A stretch of DNA of 64,000 bases from the IMG/VR virus record IMGVR_UViG_3300027996_002186, positions 310,001 to 374,000 of that record, one strand, 5' to 3'. The stretch's first letter is position 1. Each line of letters starts with the position of its first letter. Positions 29,414-40,077 of the stretch are shown here, piece by piece. The translations under genes were made by a program, and so were the position numbers. The notes under the pieces were generated by a model that saw only the letters and a list, made by a program, of their open reading frames with translations, did no database searches and was not told the origin of the DNA.

Positions 29414-30426
29414 TACATTTTTATTATTTTTCCAAGTTCTTCTATTCTTTTAGAACCTGCTTCTTTAACACTCTTAGCTTTCTCACCTATTAATGCCTTT
29501 TTAACCATATCTACTGTTTTTAATTCTGAAATAACTTTTGCTCTTTGTGAAGCATTTAGTTTTTTCAGGTTATTCATTTTATCATTAGAGGTGGTAGTTT
29601 TATCAACAATCTTTTCTTCTGTTTTAACATTTTCCGAAACAACAATTGGTTTAGGGGCTCCATAAACTAACAGTTTTATTTTTTCTGTAATAATATCTTT
29701 TATTATATTAGGATTTTGTAAAATCTTATCAGTAAATTCTTCTGCTAAAAAATCTATTAAACTAATTTCATATGAATCTTCCATCATTTCAATAAAATCC
29801 AATCTAGGAATTTTATCAGAAATTTCAACATTTATATCAAACTTAACATTTCTTTTAACTCCCTTAAACATTGTTATAATAGGGTCAACTGGTTTTTGAA
29901 CGTTAATTGGTTTTTGAACCTCTTCTCTACTTACCTCAACTCTTTGAATATTATCAACCTCCATTGTTGTTTTTGGTTGAAGTGGTGATTGTGGTAAATC
30001 TTCATCCTCTAATATTTTAGAGAAAGCTTCATTTTGTTTAGATACTGCATTTGTATCATCTACAACCGCACCATATTTCTTAGCCAATTCGGCTCTTTCA
30101 TCCTCTTCTGTTGTCATAATAACAGCACTTTCATTGGTTAATGGTTGTAATCCACCACCATCTACATTTATAGAAACTGTTCCTTCTTCATCTATCATGT
30201 TATTTACAGGAATGTTTTTTATTTTATCCGCTAGCGAATTATAAGAACCTTGGCTATTGAAAAATGAACCTGGGTCTATTTGTTCTGTGTATTTATTAGT
30301 ATCCATAAGTATATTAACATCTATTTTTTGTTTGTTTTCTAGAATAACAATATTCTCAAAAGAGTCGATTACTTTTACTTCTTCTCCTGTTAAATTATTT
30401 TTGAAAACTTTTTTTGCTAAACTCAT
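29413..30426 (-). CDS. Hypothetical protein
   Basis: 337-aa ORF. Confidence 0.6.
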   Translation of the reverse strand: MSLAKKVFKNNLTGEEVKVIDSFENIVILENKQKIDVNILMDTNKYTEQIDPGSFFNSQGSYNSLADKIKNIPVNNMIDEEGTVSINVDGGGLQPLTNESAVIMTTEEDERAELAKKYGAVVDDTNAVSKQNEAFSKILEDEDLPQSPLQPKTTMEVDNIQRVEVSREEVQKPINVQKPVDPIITMFKGVKRNVKFDINVEISDKIPRLDFIEMMEDSYEISLIDFLAEEFTDKILQNPNIIKDIITEKIKLLVYGAPKPIVVSENVKTEEKIVDKTTTSNDKMNNLKKLNASQRAKVISELKTVDMVKKALIGEKAKSVKEAGSKRIEELGKIIKM

Positions 30427-30486
30427 AATTTATTTATTATATTTTTATCCTTCCTTTTATATTAAAAAAGAAAAAATAGTTGTATA

Positions 30487-30521
30487 AAAAAACCTCATAT
30501 TAAATATAATATGAGGTTTTT
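30487..30521. terminator. Bidirectional terminator downstream of SSB
   Basis: AAAAAACCTCATATT / AATATGAGGTTTTT. Confidence 0.7.
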
Positions 30522-30537
30522 ATTAATCATTTGTTGA

Positions 30538-31491
30538 TTATAAATCAGCAAAGAAGTCATCTTCTGATTCTGTTGTAGAACTAACCTCAGATACCTTAGT
30601 TGCTTCATCCATAGAGAAATCATCAGATGATGCTTCACTAGTCTTGTTAAAAGACCCAGAAGACTTACCAGTTAAGAAATTAGAAATTTCTGTAATCTTA
30701 GCTTGTTGCTCATCTGTTAAAGGTTTAGGAGCGAAATCTTCAAGATTGTGATCTCTATCCATTAAAAACTCTTTAATTTTCCCTTGAACTTTAGCATCAA
30801 TCTTACCACCTTCGTTAAGAGGAGCATTTTTGAATTCACCCTTCTCTTTGAAGTAAATAGGTAATGATGTGTTTTCTGGTTTGAACATACTCATCTTGTA
30901 ATCAGGATAAGTTTCGTCACCAGTTTGGATTTCTTTTACTACAAGAACGAAATCTTTTCCAGCTGATAAATCAAATACATTACATTGTACTCCAGAGATT
31001 TCTCCGTTTCTCTCAGCCGAGATTTTATCTTTGATAGTTTTACCATACTGCCAAATCATTATCTTACCAACTAATTCTGGTTGTTGTTCATCTTCAAGAA
31101 CAAGAACATAAGAGTAATACTTCTTAGAATAGTTTAACATTCTTGATTTCTCCATTAAGATTGCGTTCTTTGAATTTTGCATCGTGTAATACAAATCTGT
31201 TAAAGGACACTTTTCTCCAAAATTCTTTGGTGAGTCAAACCAACCACCCAATTCTCTTGGATTTTGGATTTTCACATAGTGAGCGATTTTTTCAATCGCT
31301 GATTGACCTACTTTACCATCTTCTGTTAAGTTAGGAAGAAATCTTACTACGGATCTCCATCCTTTCTTTTTATCTTTCGCCTTTGAAAGATCAACACGGT
31401 AAATTCCGTCATTGTTTGTCTTTTTTACTTCATTCAAGAAGTCCATTTTGCTGTCTAACCCTCCGTTAAACAAATCATCTAAATCTGCCAT
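30538..31491 (-). CDS. T4 gp32-like single-stranded DNA-binding protein
   Basis: VRFLP, CPL, YYSYVLV..D...P...GKI..W.YGK.I.DKI, FDL..GKDF, acidic tail DDFFADL. Confidence 0.85.
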   Translation of the reverse strand: MADLDDLFNGGLDSKMDFLNEVKKTNNDGIYRVDLSKAKDKKKGWRSVVRFLPNLTEDGKVGQSAIEKIAHYVKIQNPRELGGWFDSPKNFGEKCPLTDLYYTMQNSKNAILMEKSRMLNYSKKYYSYVLVLEDEQQPELVGKIMIWQYGKTIKDKISAERNGEISGVQCNVFDLSAGKDFVLVVKEIQTGDETYPDYKMSMFKPENTSLPIYFKEKGEFKNAPLNEGGKIDAKVQGKIKEFLMDRDHNLEDFAPKPLTDEQQAKITEISNFLTGKSSGSFNKTSEASSDDFSMDEATKVSEVSSTTESEDDFFADL

Positions 31492-31605
31492 AATTGCTTT
31501 TTATTTTGTTATTATTCGAACCTTTTTTAGTCCGATAAATGTTATATCGATTAGTGTTGATAAAGTTTAGTAAAAAATTAGGTTATTTGAAATTATTTTC
31601 GTACC

Positions 31606-32763
31606 TTATGAAAATTTGCTAATTAGTACTGAATTCAAGGCTGAGTCTCGTTGTGTTCTTACTCCCTCGGCCAATATCGATTTTGATAACATCTCATATT
31701 CTATATCACTAACCTTACAAAGTTTTAATTCTGCGTGATATAATGTAATAATATCCCCGTTATCTTCATCCACGTAGTCTTCCATCCTCAAACCACCAAT
31801 TGGTCTAAACTCAGTAGTTTCATATATTCGTTCTAAACATTCATATAATGTTTCGAGACCTGTTTTTTCAAGTGTTATATTTATAAATTTAATTGGATAA
31901 GCTTTTATATTACCATTTAATATATTCTCATAAAATAAATCCCAAAAATTAGATGTTTTATCTTCTATGGAGTCATATTTACGAGAGAAAGTGGTTTGAT
32001 TTGTGGTGGGTTTCAAATCACTTAAAAAAAGGTATTCTACGCTACTATTTCTGAGTTTAAGTTTATTAGATTCCTCTACTGTCATAATATATTCTTTCCA
32101 ATATTCATCAGCCAATCCAGGTATTGGTTTATTTAACCAATCATCTTCAAAAGACATATCATATAACATCTGTGATCTTCTTTCTCTTGTTAAATCTGCT
32201 GATGGGAAGAAAGCATACCCACCTTGATCTACACCAAAGTTGTGGTGGTATAATTCATCAGTTATATCATAGAAAATTTCTTCAATATCGACATCCAATG
32301 GGAATTCATCTTTAGTTACAACCTTTGATTCATTTATACTCTCAGATACTTTATTTAACTTGAAATAAAGTTTTATGAAATTAGTCTCGTCTAAATTCAT
32401 CAAGTGTTTAGGTAATAAATCAATCCCCATTCCAAAATCCTTATATGTTTGTCTAATGTTATGTTTATCATCATAATTAAATGCTATAAGAGTATAATTT
32501 TTAGGATTCATATATTCTATTAATCTCATAAAAGCATCTTCATATTTCTTTACCTTAAATACTTTATTGATTTGATCCAAAAAAGTAAGCACAGGGTCAA
32601 ATTCTTCACCAATAGTTATTATAACATTACCATCTACTCTAGCATCAACCGAAACTGGTATACTATCATCTGATAATTCGGATAATATATCATTAACATC
32701 AGATATGGTATCATAATCCATATAGATTGATTCAAATAATTTATATTTCTTTAAGTATTTCAA
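31606..32763 (-). CDS. Putative virion internal protein, two repeated modules
   Basis: MKYLKKYKLFES leader; DIL.EL.DD module; internal ESINES linker. Confidence 0.6.
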   Translation of the reverse strand: MKYLKKYKLFESIYMDYDTISDVNDILSELSDDSIPVSVDARVDGNVIITIGEEFDPVLTFLDQINKVFKVKKYEDAFMRLIEYMNPKNYTLIAFNYDDKHNIRQTYKDFGMGIDLLPKHLMNLDETNFIKLYFKLNKVSESINESKVVTKDEFPLDVDIEEIFYDITDELYHHNFGVDQGGYAFFPSADLTRERRSQMLYDMSFEDDWLNKPIPGLADEYWKEYIMTVEESNKLKLRNSSVEYLFLSDLKPTTNQTTFSRKYDSIEDKTSNFWDLFYENILNGNIKAYPIKFINITLEKTGLETLYECLERIYETTEFRPIGGLRMEDYVDEDNGDIITLYHAELKLCKVSDIEYEMLSKSILAEGVRTQRDSALNSVLISKFS

Positions 32764-34046
32764 AATTTTAATAATATTTTTAATGTATAATCTTCTATAT
32801 CCCTATCATCATCGAATTGTCTATCTCCTCTACTCTTCCCGAAAATAACCTCACCGTGGTCCATTGTTGGTAATATTGTTGGTAAAACTTCATCTAACCC
32901 AGATTCTAATTTCCTTAAATTCATCGGTACTGATTTATACGGGTACATACCAACAATACCCTGATCAGTATTACCTATATCAATATAAACACAAGGAACA
33001 TACATAGTTAATATGTTTGCTGGGCTATAATTACGCAATTTTTGTAAATCATATTTATTTTTAACTATGATATCACTATTTCTAACAACCTCATAGTTCA
33101 TAATATCAAAGTTAACACATTGGAATTTTTTATCAGTTACATATTCCTCAGCTTCATCTTGTCTGATATAAACATCATTTTTATACCCACCTATTTTAAA
33201 TGTCGGTAACATAATTGATCTAATTATATCTCTCATTATCATATAAAACCTACTATCATCTTCTGTATCATAAACAGGCATTGTTCCATTATATTTATTC
33301 TTAATTGGTTCATCTTTTTTATAATAATCACCATAAGTTATAGCAGTTGTGACCCATTTACCCTTTTCAGTTGGTATTTCATCCCATATATCATATAGTC
33401 TATCATTAACATAATCTATATCAACTTTCTTCATAGAATTCCAAGTTTTAGTCAAATAATCTTCGATTATACCATACCATTTATCACCAATAAAATGGTT
33501 TGTCCATTTTTTAATATCAGACTCACTTAATTTATTATTCTTCATATTCTGATAATATAAATCATTATAAAAATCAAAAATGCTATATCTTTCTTCGTTG
33601 GATTCATTTAAACTCTCATCCATTGAATTTAATAAATCACCATAATCATCCTCTGAATAAATAAGTAATGATATACCTGGATAACTAAACTCTTCACCAC
33701 CATAAACATCGATGAATCTATCTAATGACATCCAATCTTGTTCCTTTGTAACTTCTACATCAACACCATATCCTTCATCAGCTCTCCAAACATAATCTTC
33801 TATTCTTTTAACAGCATCCTTTATATCATCCCATCTCCAAATCTCATCATTCTTTCTATAAATACCAACACATACCGATCTTATTGAGTCTGAAAACATA
33901 GGTGGTGTGTAATTAGTCTCATCTATAACTACACCAAATCCATCATCAGATAATTCTAATACAATATCCTCTAATTCTCTTTTTAGATTGGAGAATCTAG
34001 TAGAGTCTTCTGATTCAAATAGTTTATATTTCTTTAAGTATTTCAC
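32760..34046 (-). CDS. Putative virion internal protein
   Basis: MKYLKKYKLFES leader; DIVLELSDDG module; internal ESLNES linker. Confidence 0.6.
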   Translation of the reverse strand: MKYLKKYKLFESEDSTRFSNLKRELEDIVLELSDDGFGVVIDETNYTPPMFSDSIRSVCVGIYRKNDEIWRWDDIKDAVKRIEDYVWRADEGYGVDVEVTKEQDWMSLDRFIDVYGGEEFSYPGISLLIYSEDDYGDLLNSMDESLNESNEERYSIFDFYNDLYYQNMKNNKLSESDIKKWTNHFIGDKWYGIIEDYLTKTWNSMKKVDIDYVNDRLYDIWDEIPTEKGKWVTTAITYGDYYKKDEPIKNKYNGTMPVYDTEDDSRFYMIMRDIIRSIMLPTFKIGGYKNDVYIRQDEAEEYVTDKKFQCVNFDIMNYEVVRNSDIIVKNKYDLQKLRNYSPANILTMYVPCVYIDIGNTDQGIVGMYPYKSVPMNLRKLESGLDEVLPTILPTMDHGEVIFGKSRGDRQFDDDRDIEDYTLKILLKF

Positions 34047-35353
34047 TTTCTAATTACTTTAATTCTTTCTGTTTGATACTTCATTATATCAACATCTTGA
34101 TGCTCTGTTAATAAATCAACAATACCTTGATACATTTGTATTGTTATTTTACAATCTGTAATAGCATCGTGATAACCACTCATATTAATACCAAGTACTG
34201 GTCCTATTTTAGACATAGATGATGATATTAATCCATTATCTCTTGGTGAAGTACCAATAAAATCTATTTTCTCTTGAAAAGATGGGTCAGTCTCAGCTAA
34301 CTTCTGTAACAATGGTAAAAAGTATAATTGTATCAACATCTTAGTATCAAATACTTCATTCACAATCTTATTACCATATCTACCACTCAACATAGCCATA
34401 TCAAATGCCGCGTTTTGTGCAATTAATAAACAAGGTTCGTATTCACCTATGAATTTAAAGAAATCATTAACAACAGTTTCTTCGTCTTTGTACTTATATC
34501 CGCCACTACCATAATGGTTGAATCCTAAAACCCATTTAGTTCTATCTTCTGGTTCGTTATATTTAGACTTAGTATCATTTGTTAGTTTTATTTTCTCATC
34601 AAATTGTCCTAACTCCTTGAATTCGTTATTATCAAAATCACATTCAGTTACTAAACAAGATACTTGTGTTAATTGTTCTTTCTTTGGACCATTTAATCCT
34701 GTTGTTTCCACATCAACAAAAATCCAAGGCATATCAGTTTTAGAATCTAACCAAGAAAGTATTTCGGGTATTGATTTATACCACATCTTATTTTCATTTA
34801 TTGATTCTGAAACGTTATTAACTTCAAATTTGAATTCCTTACCATCAGCATGTGAATAAGTAACTTTATCAATGTTCTTAACATTATATTTATAATCGGG
34901 TTTTAGATATTTCTTACCCATACCTTTTTTAACATAAGCAATTGTTATATGTGGTTTATATTCTGGGTATTCATTTGAATTTGGTAATTCGGATAATTCA
35001 TCAAAAAGATTTTGTAATGATCCCTGTGGGTTAATATTGAATTTAACAACATCAAATTTATCATTCTCAAATATATCAACACCATCAACTTCTATATTTA
35101 TATCACCTTCAAAGGTATCGAATATAGACTTAACTTCCTCATTTGATACTTCCTTATGTAAACCATATAAAAGTGTAAGGTGTGGTCTCTTTTGTACACC
35201 ATACGTTGAATCACCGTCACTTTCATAGATGTCTTCTGGGTCTATCCAAGATGTTATTTCTTCCCAATTATTAACTGGTACGTCAACCATAACACAACCA
35301 TATTCATAGCCGTTTATTGATTCTTTAATAAATTCTTTATATTTCTTTAACAT
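34043..35353 (-). CDS. 2H phosphoesterase + DEDDh 3'-5' exonuclease fusion
   Basis: PHLTLLY and PHITIAY (two HxT motifs); FVDVETTG, AQNAAFD, HDAITD; MLKKYKEFIKES leader; ESINE linker between the domains. Confidence 0.8.
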   Translation of the reverse strand: MLKKYKEFIKESINGYEYGCVMVDVPVNNWEEITSWIDPEDIYESDGDSTYGVQKRPHLTLLYGLHKEVSNEEVKSIFDTFEGDINIEVDGVDIFENDKFDVVKFNINPQGSLQNLFDELSELPNSNEYPEYKPHITIAYVKKGMGKKYLKPDYKYNVKNIDKVTYSHADGKEFKFEVNNVSESINENKMWYKSIPEILSWLDSKTDMPWIFVDVETTGLNGPKKEQLTQVSCLVTECDFDNNEFKELGQFDEKIKLTNDTKSKYNEPEDRTKWVLGFNHYGSGGYKYKDEETVVNDFFKFIGEYEPCLLIAQNAAFDMAMLSGRYGNKIVNEVFDTKMLIQLYFLPLLQKLAETDPSFQEKIDFIGTSPRDNGLISSSMSKIGPVLGINMSGYHDAITDCKITIQMYQGIVDLLTEHQDVDIMKYQTERIKVIRK

Positions 35354-35432
35354 ATCATGTATATATTTTATTTCTATGATGGAAAAACAGAAAATATTCC
35401 TTATATTCGTAATAACTTAAAGATATAAAATT

Positions 35433-35606
35433 ATGGAACAAAGATATTCAATGAAGGAAGTAATGAAGCAAAAATTCGGTGAAACTGAAAAAAACATCAA
35501 AACTAACCAAGCTACTAAAAGGGCTTCTAAAAAAGCTTCTAAATCAAAAGGTGGTAAATACACAGTGAAAGTTGTGGATGGTGTTAAGTATATGATACTT
35601 AAATAA
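35433..35606 (+). CDS. Small basic hypothetical protein (57 aa; not in track)
   Basis: MEQRYSMKEV..KYMILK*; stop overlaps the next ATG; TATATTCG box at 35402-35409. Confidence 0.55.
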   Translation: MEQRYSMKEVMKQKFGETEKNIKTNQATKRASKKASKSKGGKYTVKVVDGVKYMILK

Positions 35607-35908
35607 TGTTTAGTACTAAAGATATAAACCAAAATTATATTCTTGTTTACTTAAATTACAGGAAGCTTCCAAATATGGATCATAAAGAAGATTCGATGTC
35701 TTCTGGTTCAGACGTTCTTACATTAGATGATTTTAATATGGTTGAGGGTAGAATGTATAATGACGAACAGACTGTTAATATACAACCAATTACTGGTAAA
35801 TTCATACCCTTTACATTAACCGAAACCTATTATAAGGATGTTGTTTTACATATAGCATTATTTGAAAGAGATAGGAAAATAGATAATATAATAAAAAAAG
35901 AGACTTAA
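35606..35908 (+). CDS. Hypothetical protein with C-terminal tag
   Basis: Ends RDRKIDNII. Confidence 0.55.
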   Translation: MFSTKDINQNYILVYLNYRKLPNMDHKEDSMSSGSDVLTLDDFNMVEGRMYNDEQTVNIQPITGKFIPFTLTETYYKDVVLHIALFERDRKIDNIIKKET

Positions 35909-35921
35909 AGGTCTCTTTTTT
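35894..35921. terminator. Bidirectional terminator between convergent genes
   Basis: AAAAAAGAGAC / GTCTCTTTTTT. Confidence 0.7.
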
Positions 35922-35923
35922 AT

Positions 35924-36193
35924 TTAGTTTAAGTTGTAGTTAAATATTGGTGTTTCATCTTCATAATCATCATCCTCAGCGTCTGTATCGAAATCAAATC
36001 CCATACTTACTAAGTAACTCATAACTTCATCAGTTAATTTCATGTTAGCATTTCTTTCTTCCATATAGTTGTCAAACATACCAACAGTAAATTGACCCCT
36101 TTCTTCTCTAAGTTTTATTAACTTAGGTAATAGGTCTTTAGCAATGTCTTCTGCTAAGTTTGAATGTGATTCAAATGTTTTTAAATGCTTCAT
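35924..36193 (-). CDS. Small protein with capsid-targeting-like leader
   Basis: MKHLKTFES. Confidence 0.6.
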   Translation of the reverse strand: MKHLKTFESHSNLAEDIAKDLLPKLIKLREERGQFTVGMFDNYMEERNANMKLTDEVMSYLVSMGFDFDTDAEDDDYEDETPIFNYNLN

Positions 36194-36620
36194 TGTCTAA
36201 CTCTGTTTTAATTTTCTCAAATGGTTTGTGGTATTGAGAGTCAATTACTTCAAAGAAGTTTTTCCAACCATCTCCCCTATAATTAAACAACAAGGTACTT
36301 TCTTTGTCTTTACTATTAAATATGTATCTTAACCTTGAACCTACTTTTTTCCGGGTGTAGAAATTAAGCAATGGAATTTCAGCCATTAATTGGTTTGAAC
36401 CCATACCCTTAATGAACTCAACTTCAATCGGTCCAGTAATATATTCTTCTTCTCTAGGTGGTGAATCTGGATGAAAAATCGTTGCTCCGTATCTTCGGTT
36501 TAGGTCATCGATATTAATTTTATAATCGAAATTAAGATTCTTCGTCAATATATTTGTTTCTACCTTTTCACCACCATAAGATGATTCGTTAAATTTTTCA
36601 AATTTATTTAAATATTTCAT
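36171..36620 (-). CDS. Protein with capsid-targeting-like leader
   Basis: MKYLNKFEKFNES. Confidence 0.6.
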   Translation of the reverse strand: MKYLNKFEKFNESSYGGEKVETNILTKNLNFDYKINIDDLNRRYGATIFHPDSPPREEEYITGPIEVEFIKGMGSNQLMAEIPLLNFYTRKKVGSRLRYIFNSKDKESTLLFNYRGDGWKNFFEVIDSQYHKPFEKIKTELDNEAFKNI

Positions 36621-36907
36621 TGTTTAATCTTTGTAACTTTTTTACCACCGAATGGTCCACTTAAATGTTTTAAGTTCCAAGATGGTATGAATTTCTTATT
36701 AGCTTTTTCATAATCTTCATAAGATTCAATGCCTGTATCAATAGGATTATGAATATATTGTATATTAGCACCTTCTTTATTCATATCAGAGATTCTATCA
36801 CCGATATCAGTACCTTTAGTTAACTTTCTTAACCTTTTAAGTTGGTCAACAGTGTGTTGCCTTGGTAGTGATTCGTTTATCTCACTAAATCTTTTTAAGT
36901 ATTTCAT
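36617..36907 (-). CDS. Protein with capsid-targeting-like leader
   Basis: MKYLKRFSEINES. Confidence 0.6.
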   Translation of the reverse strand: MKYLKRFSEINESLPRQHTVDQLKRLRKLTKGTDIGDRISDMNKEGANIQYIHNPIDTGIESYEDYEKANKKFIPSWNLKHLSGPFGGKKVTKIKQ

Positions 36908-37353
36908 AATTTGTTTATTTCATCTATTTTTACTTGTAGTGTATCTATTTTTGATTTTAGACCACTTGTTATATCTTCTTTAGATATTTTAGTGACAATC
37001 CAATCACCATAATAATCACCACCATCATAAACTCTATCATCTTTTGGATCCATAATTATTTTGAAAAACTCTCCTTCAAAAAACAAAAAATTTCCTAAAT
37101 CTGATTTATACATTTTTTGAATTCTGTAACCATCATCATTAATTATAAAGACCTTACCTTCTTCTTTAGCTCTTTTCATACAATATTCAGCTAAACTTTC
37201 TAAGTTAATTCCTGGTGTTCTTGGATTTGACCAAACCTTTTTAGATATTTCTTTATATTCATCTTCTCTTGAAGGAACATTACCATATTCAGATGCTTCA
37301 CCATTATCAATATAATCTTTAACATTTTCGTTAAATTTCTTTAAATGTTTCAT
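36904..37353 (-). CDS. Protein with capsid-targeting-like leader
   Basis: MKHLKKFNEN; AATATATA at 37374-37381. Confidence 0.6.
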   Translation of the reverse strand: MKHLKKFNENVKDYIDNGEASEYGNVPSREDEYKEISKKVWSNPRTPGINLESLAEYCMKRAKEEGKVFIINDDGYRIQKMYKSDLGNFLFFEGEFFKIIMDPKDDRVYDGGDYYGDWIVTKISKEDITSGLKSKIDTLQVKIDEINKL

Positions 37354-37447
37354 AATAAAATTATTTTATGTTTTATATATTAAATTTTAGCAACAAAAAA
37401 ACCCACCTCATAAGAAGTGGGTTAATTAACCTTGTCGAGTAATTTAA

Positions 37448-38413
37448 TTAAAAATCATCAGAAAGGTTATCATAATCAATGTTAGTATTAGATGCTTTTT
37501 GATATTCAGATACTCTTTTCTCAAAGAAGTTACTTTTATTCTGTAAAGATAACATATCCATAAAGTCAAATGGGTTCTCAGCGTGATACACTTTAGAACA
37601 TCCTAATTCAATTAACCAATAATCAGCAACGTACTCGATGTATTGTTGCATTAATACCTCATTCATTCCGATAAGAGCAACTGGTAAAGAATCTGTTACA
37701 AACTCTTTTTCGATTTCAACGGCTTCACAAATGATTTCTTTAATACGTTCTTCACTTACTTTGTTTTGAATGTATTTGTTGTGTAATAAACAAGCAAATA
37801 AACAATGAAGTCCTTCATCTCTTGATATCAACTCATTTGAGAATGTTAATCCAGGCATTAACCCTCTTTTCTTTAACCAGAAGATAGAACAGAATGAACC
37901 AGAGAAGAATATACCTTCAACTGCCGCAAATGCTATAAGTCTTTCAGCAAAAGATTCAGAATCAATCCACTTCAAGGCCCATTGAGCTTTCTTTTGAACA
38001 GAATCAATTGTATCAATAGCATTGAATAAATGGTCCTTTTCTTTATTATCCTTTATATAAGTATCAATTAATAATGAGTATGTTTCTGAGTGAATATTCT
38101 CGATTGTTAATTGGAAACCATAAAAGAATTTAGCTTCTGGATATTGAACTTCTTTAACAAAATTCTCAGCCAGATTTTCATTAACGATACCATCAGATGC
38201 CGCAAAAAATGCTAATACGTTCTTTATATAATGTCTTTCATCATCATTAAGTTTTTCTTCCCAATCAGTCATGTCTTGTGACAAGTCAATTTCTTCTGAT
38301 GTCCAGAATGAATGTTCTGCTGTTTTGTACATTTCCCAAATGTCGTGATATTTTAGTGGGAATACCACAAACCTACCAGGGTTCTCTGTTAATATGTGTT
38401 CTTGTTCTACCAT
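37448..38413 (-). CDS. nrdB: Class Ia ribonucleotide reductase beta subunit
   Basis: [43 protein letters not shown]. Confidence 0.95.
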   Translation of the reverse strand: MVEQEHILTENPGRFVVFPLKYHDIWEMYKTAEHSFWTSEEIDLSQDMTDWEEKLNDDERHYIKNVLAFFAASDGIVNENLAENFVKEVQYPEAKFFYGFQLTIENIHSETYSLLIDTYIKDNKEKDHLFNAIDTIDSVQKKAQWALKWIDSESFAERLIAFAAVEGIFFSGSFCSIFWLKKRGLMPGLTFSNELISRDEGLHCLFACLLHNKYIQNKVSEERIKEIICEAVEIEKEFVTDSLPVALIGMNEVLMQQYIEYVADYWLIELGCSKVYHAENPFDFMDMLSLQNKSNFFEKRVSEYQKASNTNIDYDNLSDDF

Positions 38414-38516
38414 TTAAATAATTTATTTATGTGTATTATATATTAATTATATCTAATTGTTTAGACTTTATTGGGGTTTTTATCTATATTTGTAGGAGAA
38501 TAATTAAAAAAGTTTT

Positions 38517-39092
38517 ATGGGAAATGAAAAGAAAGATAAGAGAGCGAGATGGTCTCAATACCCCAATAGGTTAAATGATGCCTTAATTAGTAATGTTCAT
38601 GCAAATCAATTAGATAATCTAAAATTTAACGTTTCTTCACTAAGATCTGATTTATTCAATGATAAATTAAAAAGAAAGCTATTATCATTATCAATATCAA
38701 ATGGATCAAAAGATTGTGCTTTATTCTTAATAGAACAAGGATCTATTTGTAATCCCTATCTCATACCATCAGAGTGTAGATATGATAAGATAGATGTTGT
38801 ATGTGATATCTTGGAAGAGTTGATGAACGAATACCCACAAAGTTTCACACCAGTAGATTTTGGAACAAATATAAACTTCATGGGTAAGAAAGTGTTAATT
38901 AAGAGGATACTAGACCCTTCTAAGGTAGTTGATAATCCCGGAAGAGTTGATTATTTAATGAAAAATACACATTTTTTTGATACTAAAGATATAAAGGAAG
39001 TAATAAACGAAGAATTTAAAAGTAATCCTGAAAAATGGAGTTCTCTTATATCATTATTAAGAGATATTAAATTAAAAGAATTAGGAATATGA
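38517..39092 (+). CDS. Hypothetical protein with C-terminal tag
   Basis: TATATTTG at 38485-38492; ends RDIKLKELGI. Confidence 0.6.
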   Translation: MGNEKKDKRARWSQYPNRLNDALISNVHANQLDNLKFNVSSLRSDLFNDKLKRKLLSLSISNGSKDCALFLIEQGSICNPYLIPSECRYDKIDVVCDILEELMNEYPQSFTPVDFGTNINFMGKKVLIKRILDPSKVVDNPGRVDYLMKNTHFFDTKDIKEVINEEFKSNPEKWSSLISLLRDIKLKELGI

Positions 39093-39475
39093 AATTAATC
39101 TATAAAGATGATAAGTACCCTTGTGTACTAAAAAGTGAAATGAGGAAAGATATGTGGTATTCAATGGAACCTGTTAAATTAACAGTTACTATACCATTAA
39201 CAGAATATTTCGAAATGAGAAAAGATATAACTGATAGCCAGAATAATTTTCATTTCAGGCTATTGGTTGATAAGAATGATAAATTAAAGAATTTTAATGA
39301 TAAATTCGAAAGTGGGTTGTGGGTTGTTGATACTCAATTTGAGAGATCAACAATATCATCTAGTTTTGGTAAAGGTGTTGTTAAAGTAACATTCAAATTA
39401 CATATATCAGAAAGAGAGCTTAGTGATAAAAGTGAATTAAGAGATTTTATAATGTACGACTTATTTAAAAAGTGA
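39089..39475 (+). CDS. Hypothetical protein with variant C-terminal tag
   Basis: Ends RDFIMYDLF. Confidence 0.55.
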   Translation: MKLIYKDDKYPCVLKSEMRKDMWYSMEPVKLTVTIPLTEYFEMRKDITDSQNNFHFRLLVDKNDKLKNFNDKFESGLWVVDTQFERSTISSSFGKGVVKVTFKLHISERELSDKSELRDFIMYDLFKK

Positions 39476-39560
39476 AAAGACTGAGTAGCGAATTCAGTCT
39501 TTTCTATTAGCGTAACTAATACCGGTCCTAAAGATTGGGGCTATTGCCCTCCGGTTCGTG
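39474..39560 (-). ncRNA. Candidate small structured RNA ending in an intrinsic terminator
   Basis: GC-rich island; ACCGG/CCGGT stem enclosing GGGC-AATA-GCCC; ATTAG-TTACG-CTAAT hairpin; 11-bp terminator GAAAAGACTGA/TCAGTCTTTTC; TATATATA at 39564-39571. Confidence 0.45.
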
Positions 39561-39641
39561 TAATATATATAAACTTTTAAATCTTTAGTCTAAACTTTTA
39601 TAGTAATTAATACTAATATTATAGTAAATTAAACGAAAAAT

Positions 39642-39950
39642 ATGATAAAGCACGAAATAAGAGTAGAATTGACAAACAAAGATGATTTAATGAAAATCAT
39701 TGATAAATCTTACTTCAAAGAAGGTTTTGGTGGTAAGATAACAGATTCTAAAAAAAACTTCATAAAAATTGAGGATGATGTGAATGTGGCTATCTTTAGT
39801 GGATTACACAACGCCACTGTTAAAGTAATGAATGAGGAATTAATAGATGGATCTATGAGATTTCTAATTGAGGATGATGATAAAGGAATAAGACTTTATC
39901 CAATATCAATATACTGTATCAAAGTAGAGGATAAATATTCTTTCTATTGA
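39642..39950 (+). CDS. Hypothetical protein
   Basis: 102-aa ORF. Confidence 0.55.
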   Translation: MIKHEIRVELTNKDDLMKIIDKSYFKEGFGGKITDSKKNFIKIEDDVNVAIFSGLHNATVKVMNEELIDGSMRFLIEDDDKGIRLYPISIYCIKVEDKYSFY

Positions 39951-39951
39951 T

Positions 39952-40068
39952 ATGAAAAAAATATACGAATATTTCTTCAAAGTTAATAATGGTGGCACTA
40001 TACCATTATCTTATATAATACTATTTATTGCTGCTTTAATGACTGCTCTAATAGTTTTCAAAAACTAA
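39952..40068 (+). CDS. Small single-TM membrane peptide (38 aa; not in track)
   Basis: MKKIYEYFFKVNNGGTIPLSYIILFIAALMTALIVFKN*; fills the gap between neighbours. Confidence 0.45.
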   Translation: MKKIYEYFFKVNNGGTIPLSYIILFIAALMTALIVFKN

Positions 40069-40077
40069 AACCACAAA

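Noticed and set aside
39505-39560. Known riboswitch or ribozyme (SAM, preQ1, hammerhead, HDV)
   Set aside because: The diagnostic conserved cores are absent, and no downstream gene lies in cis on that strand before the terminator.
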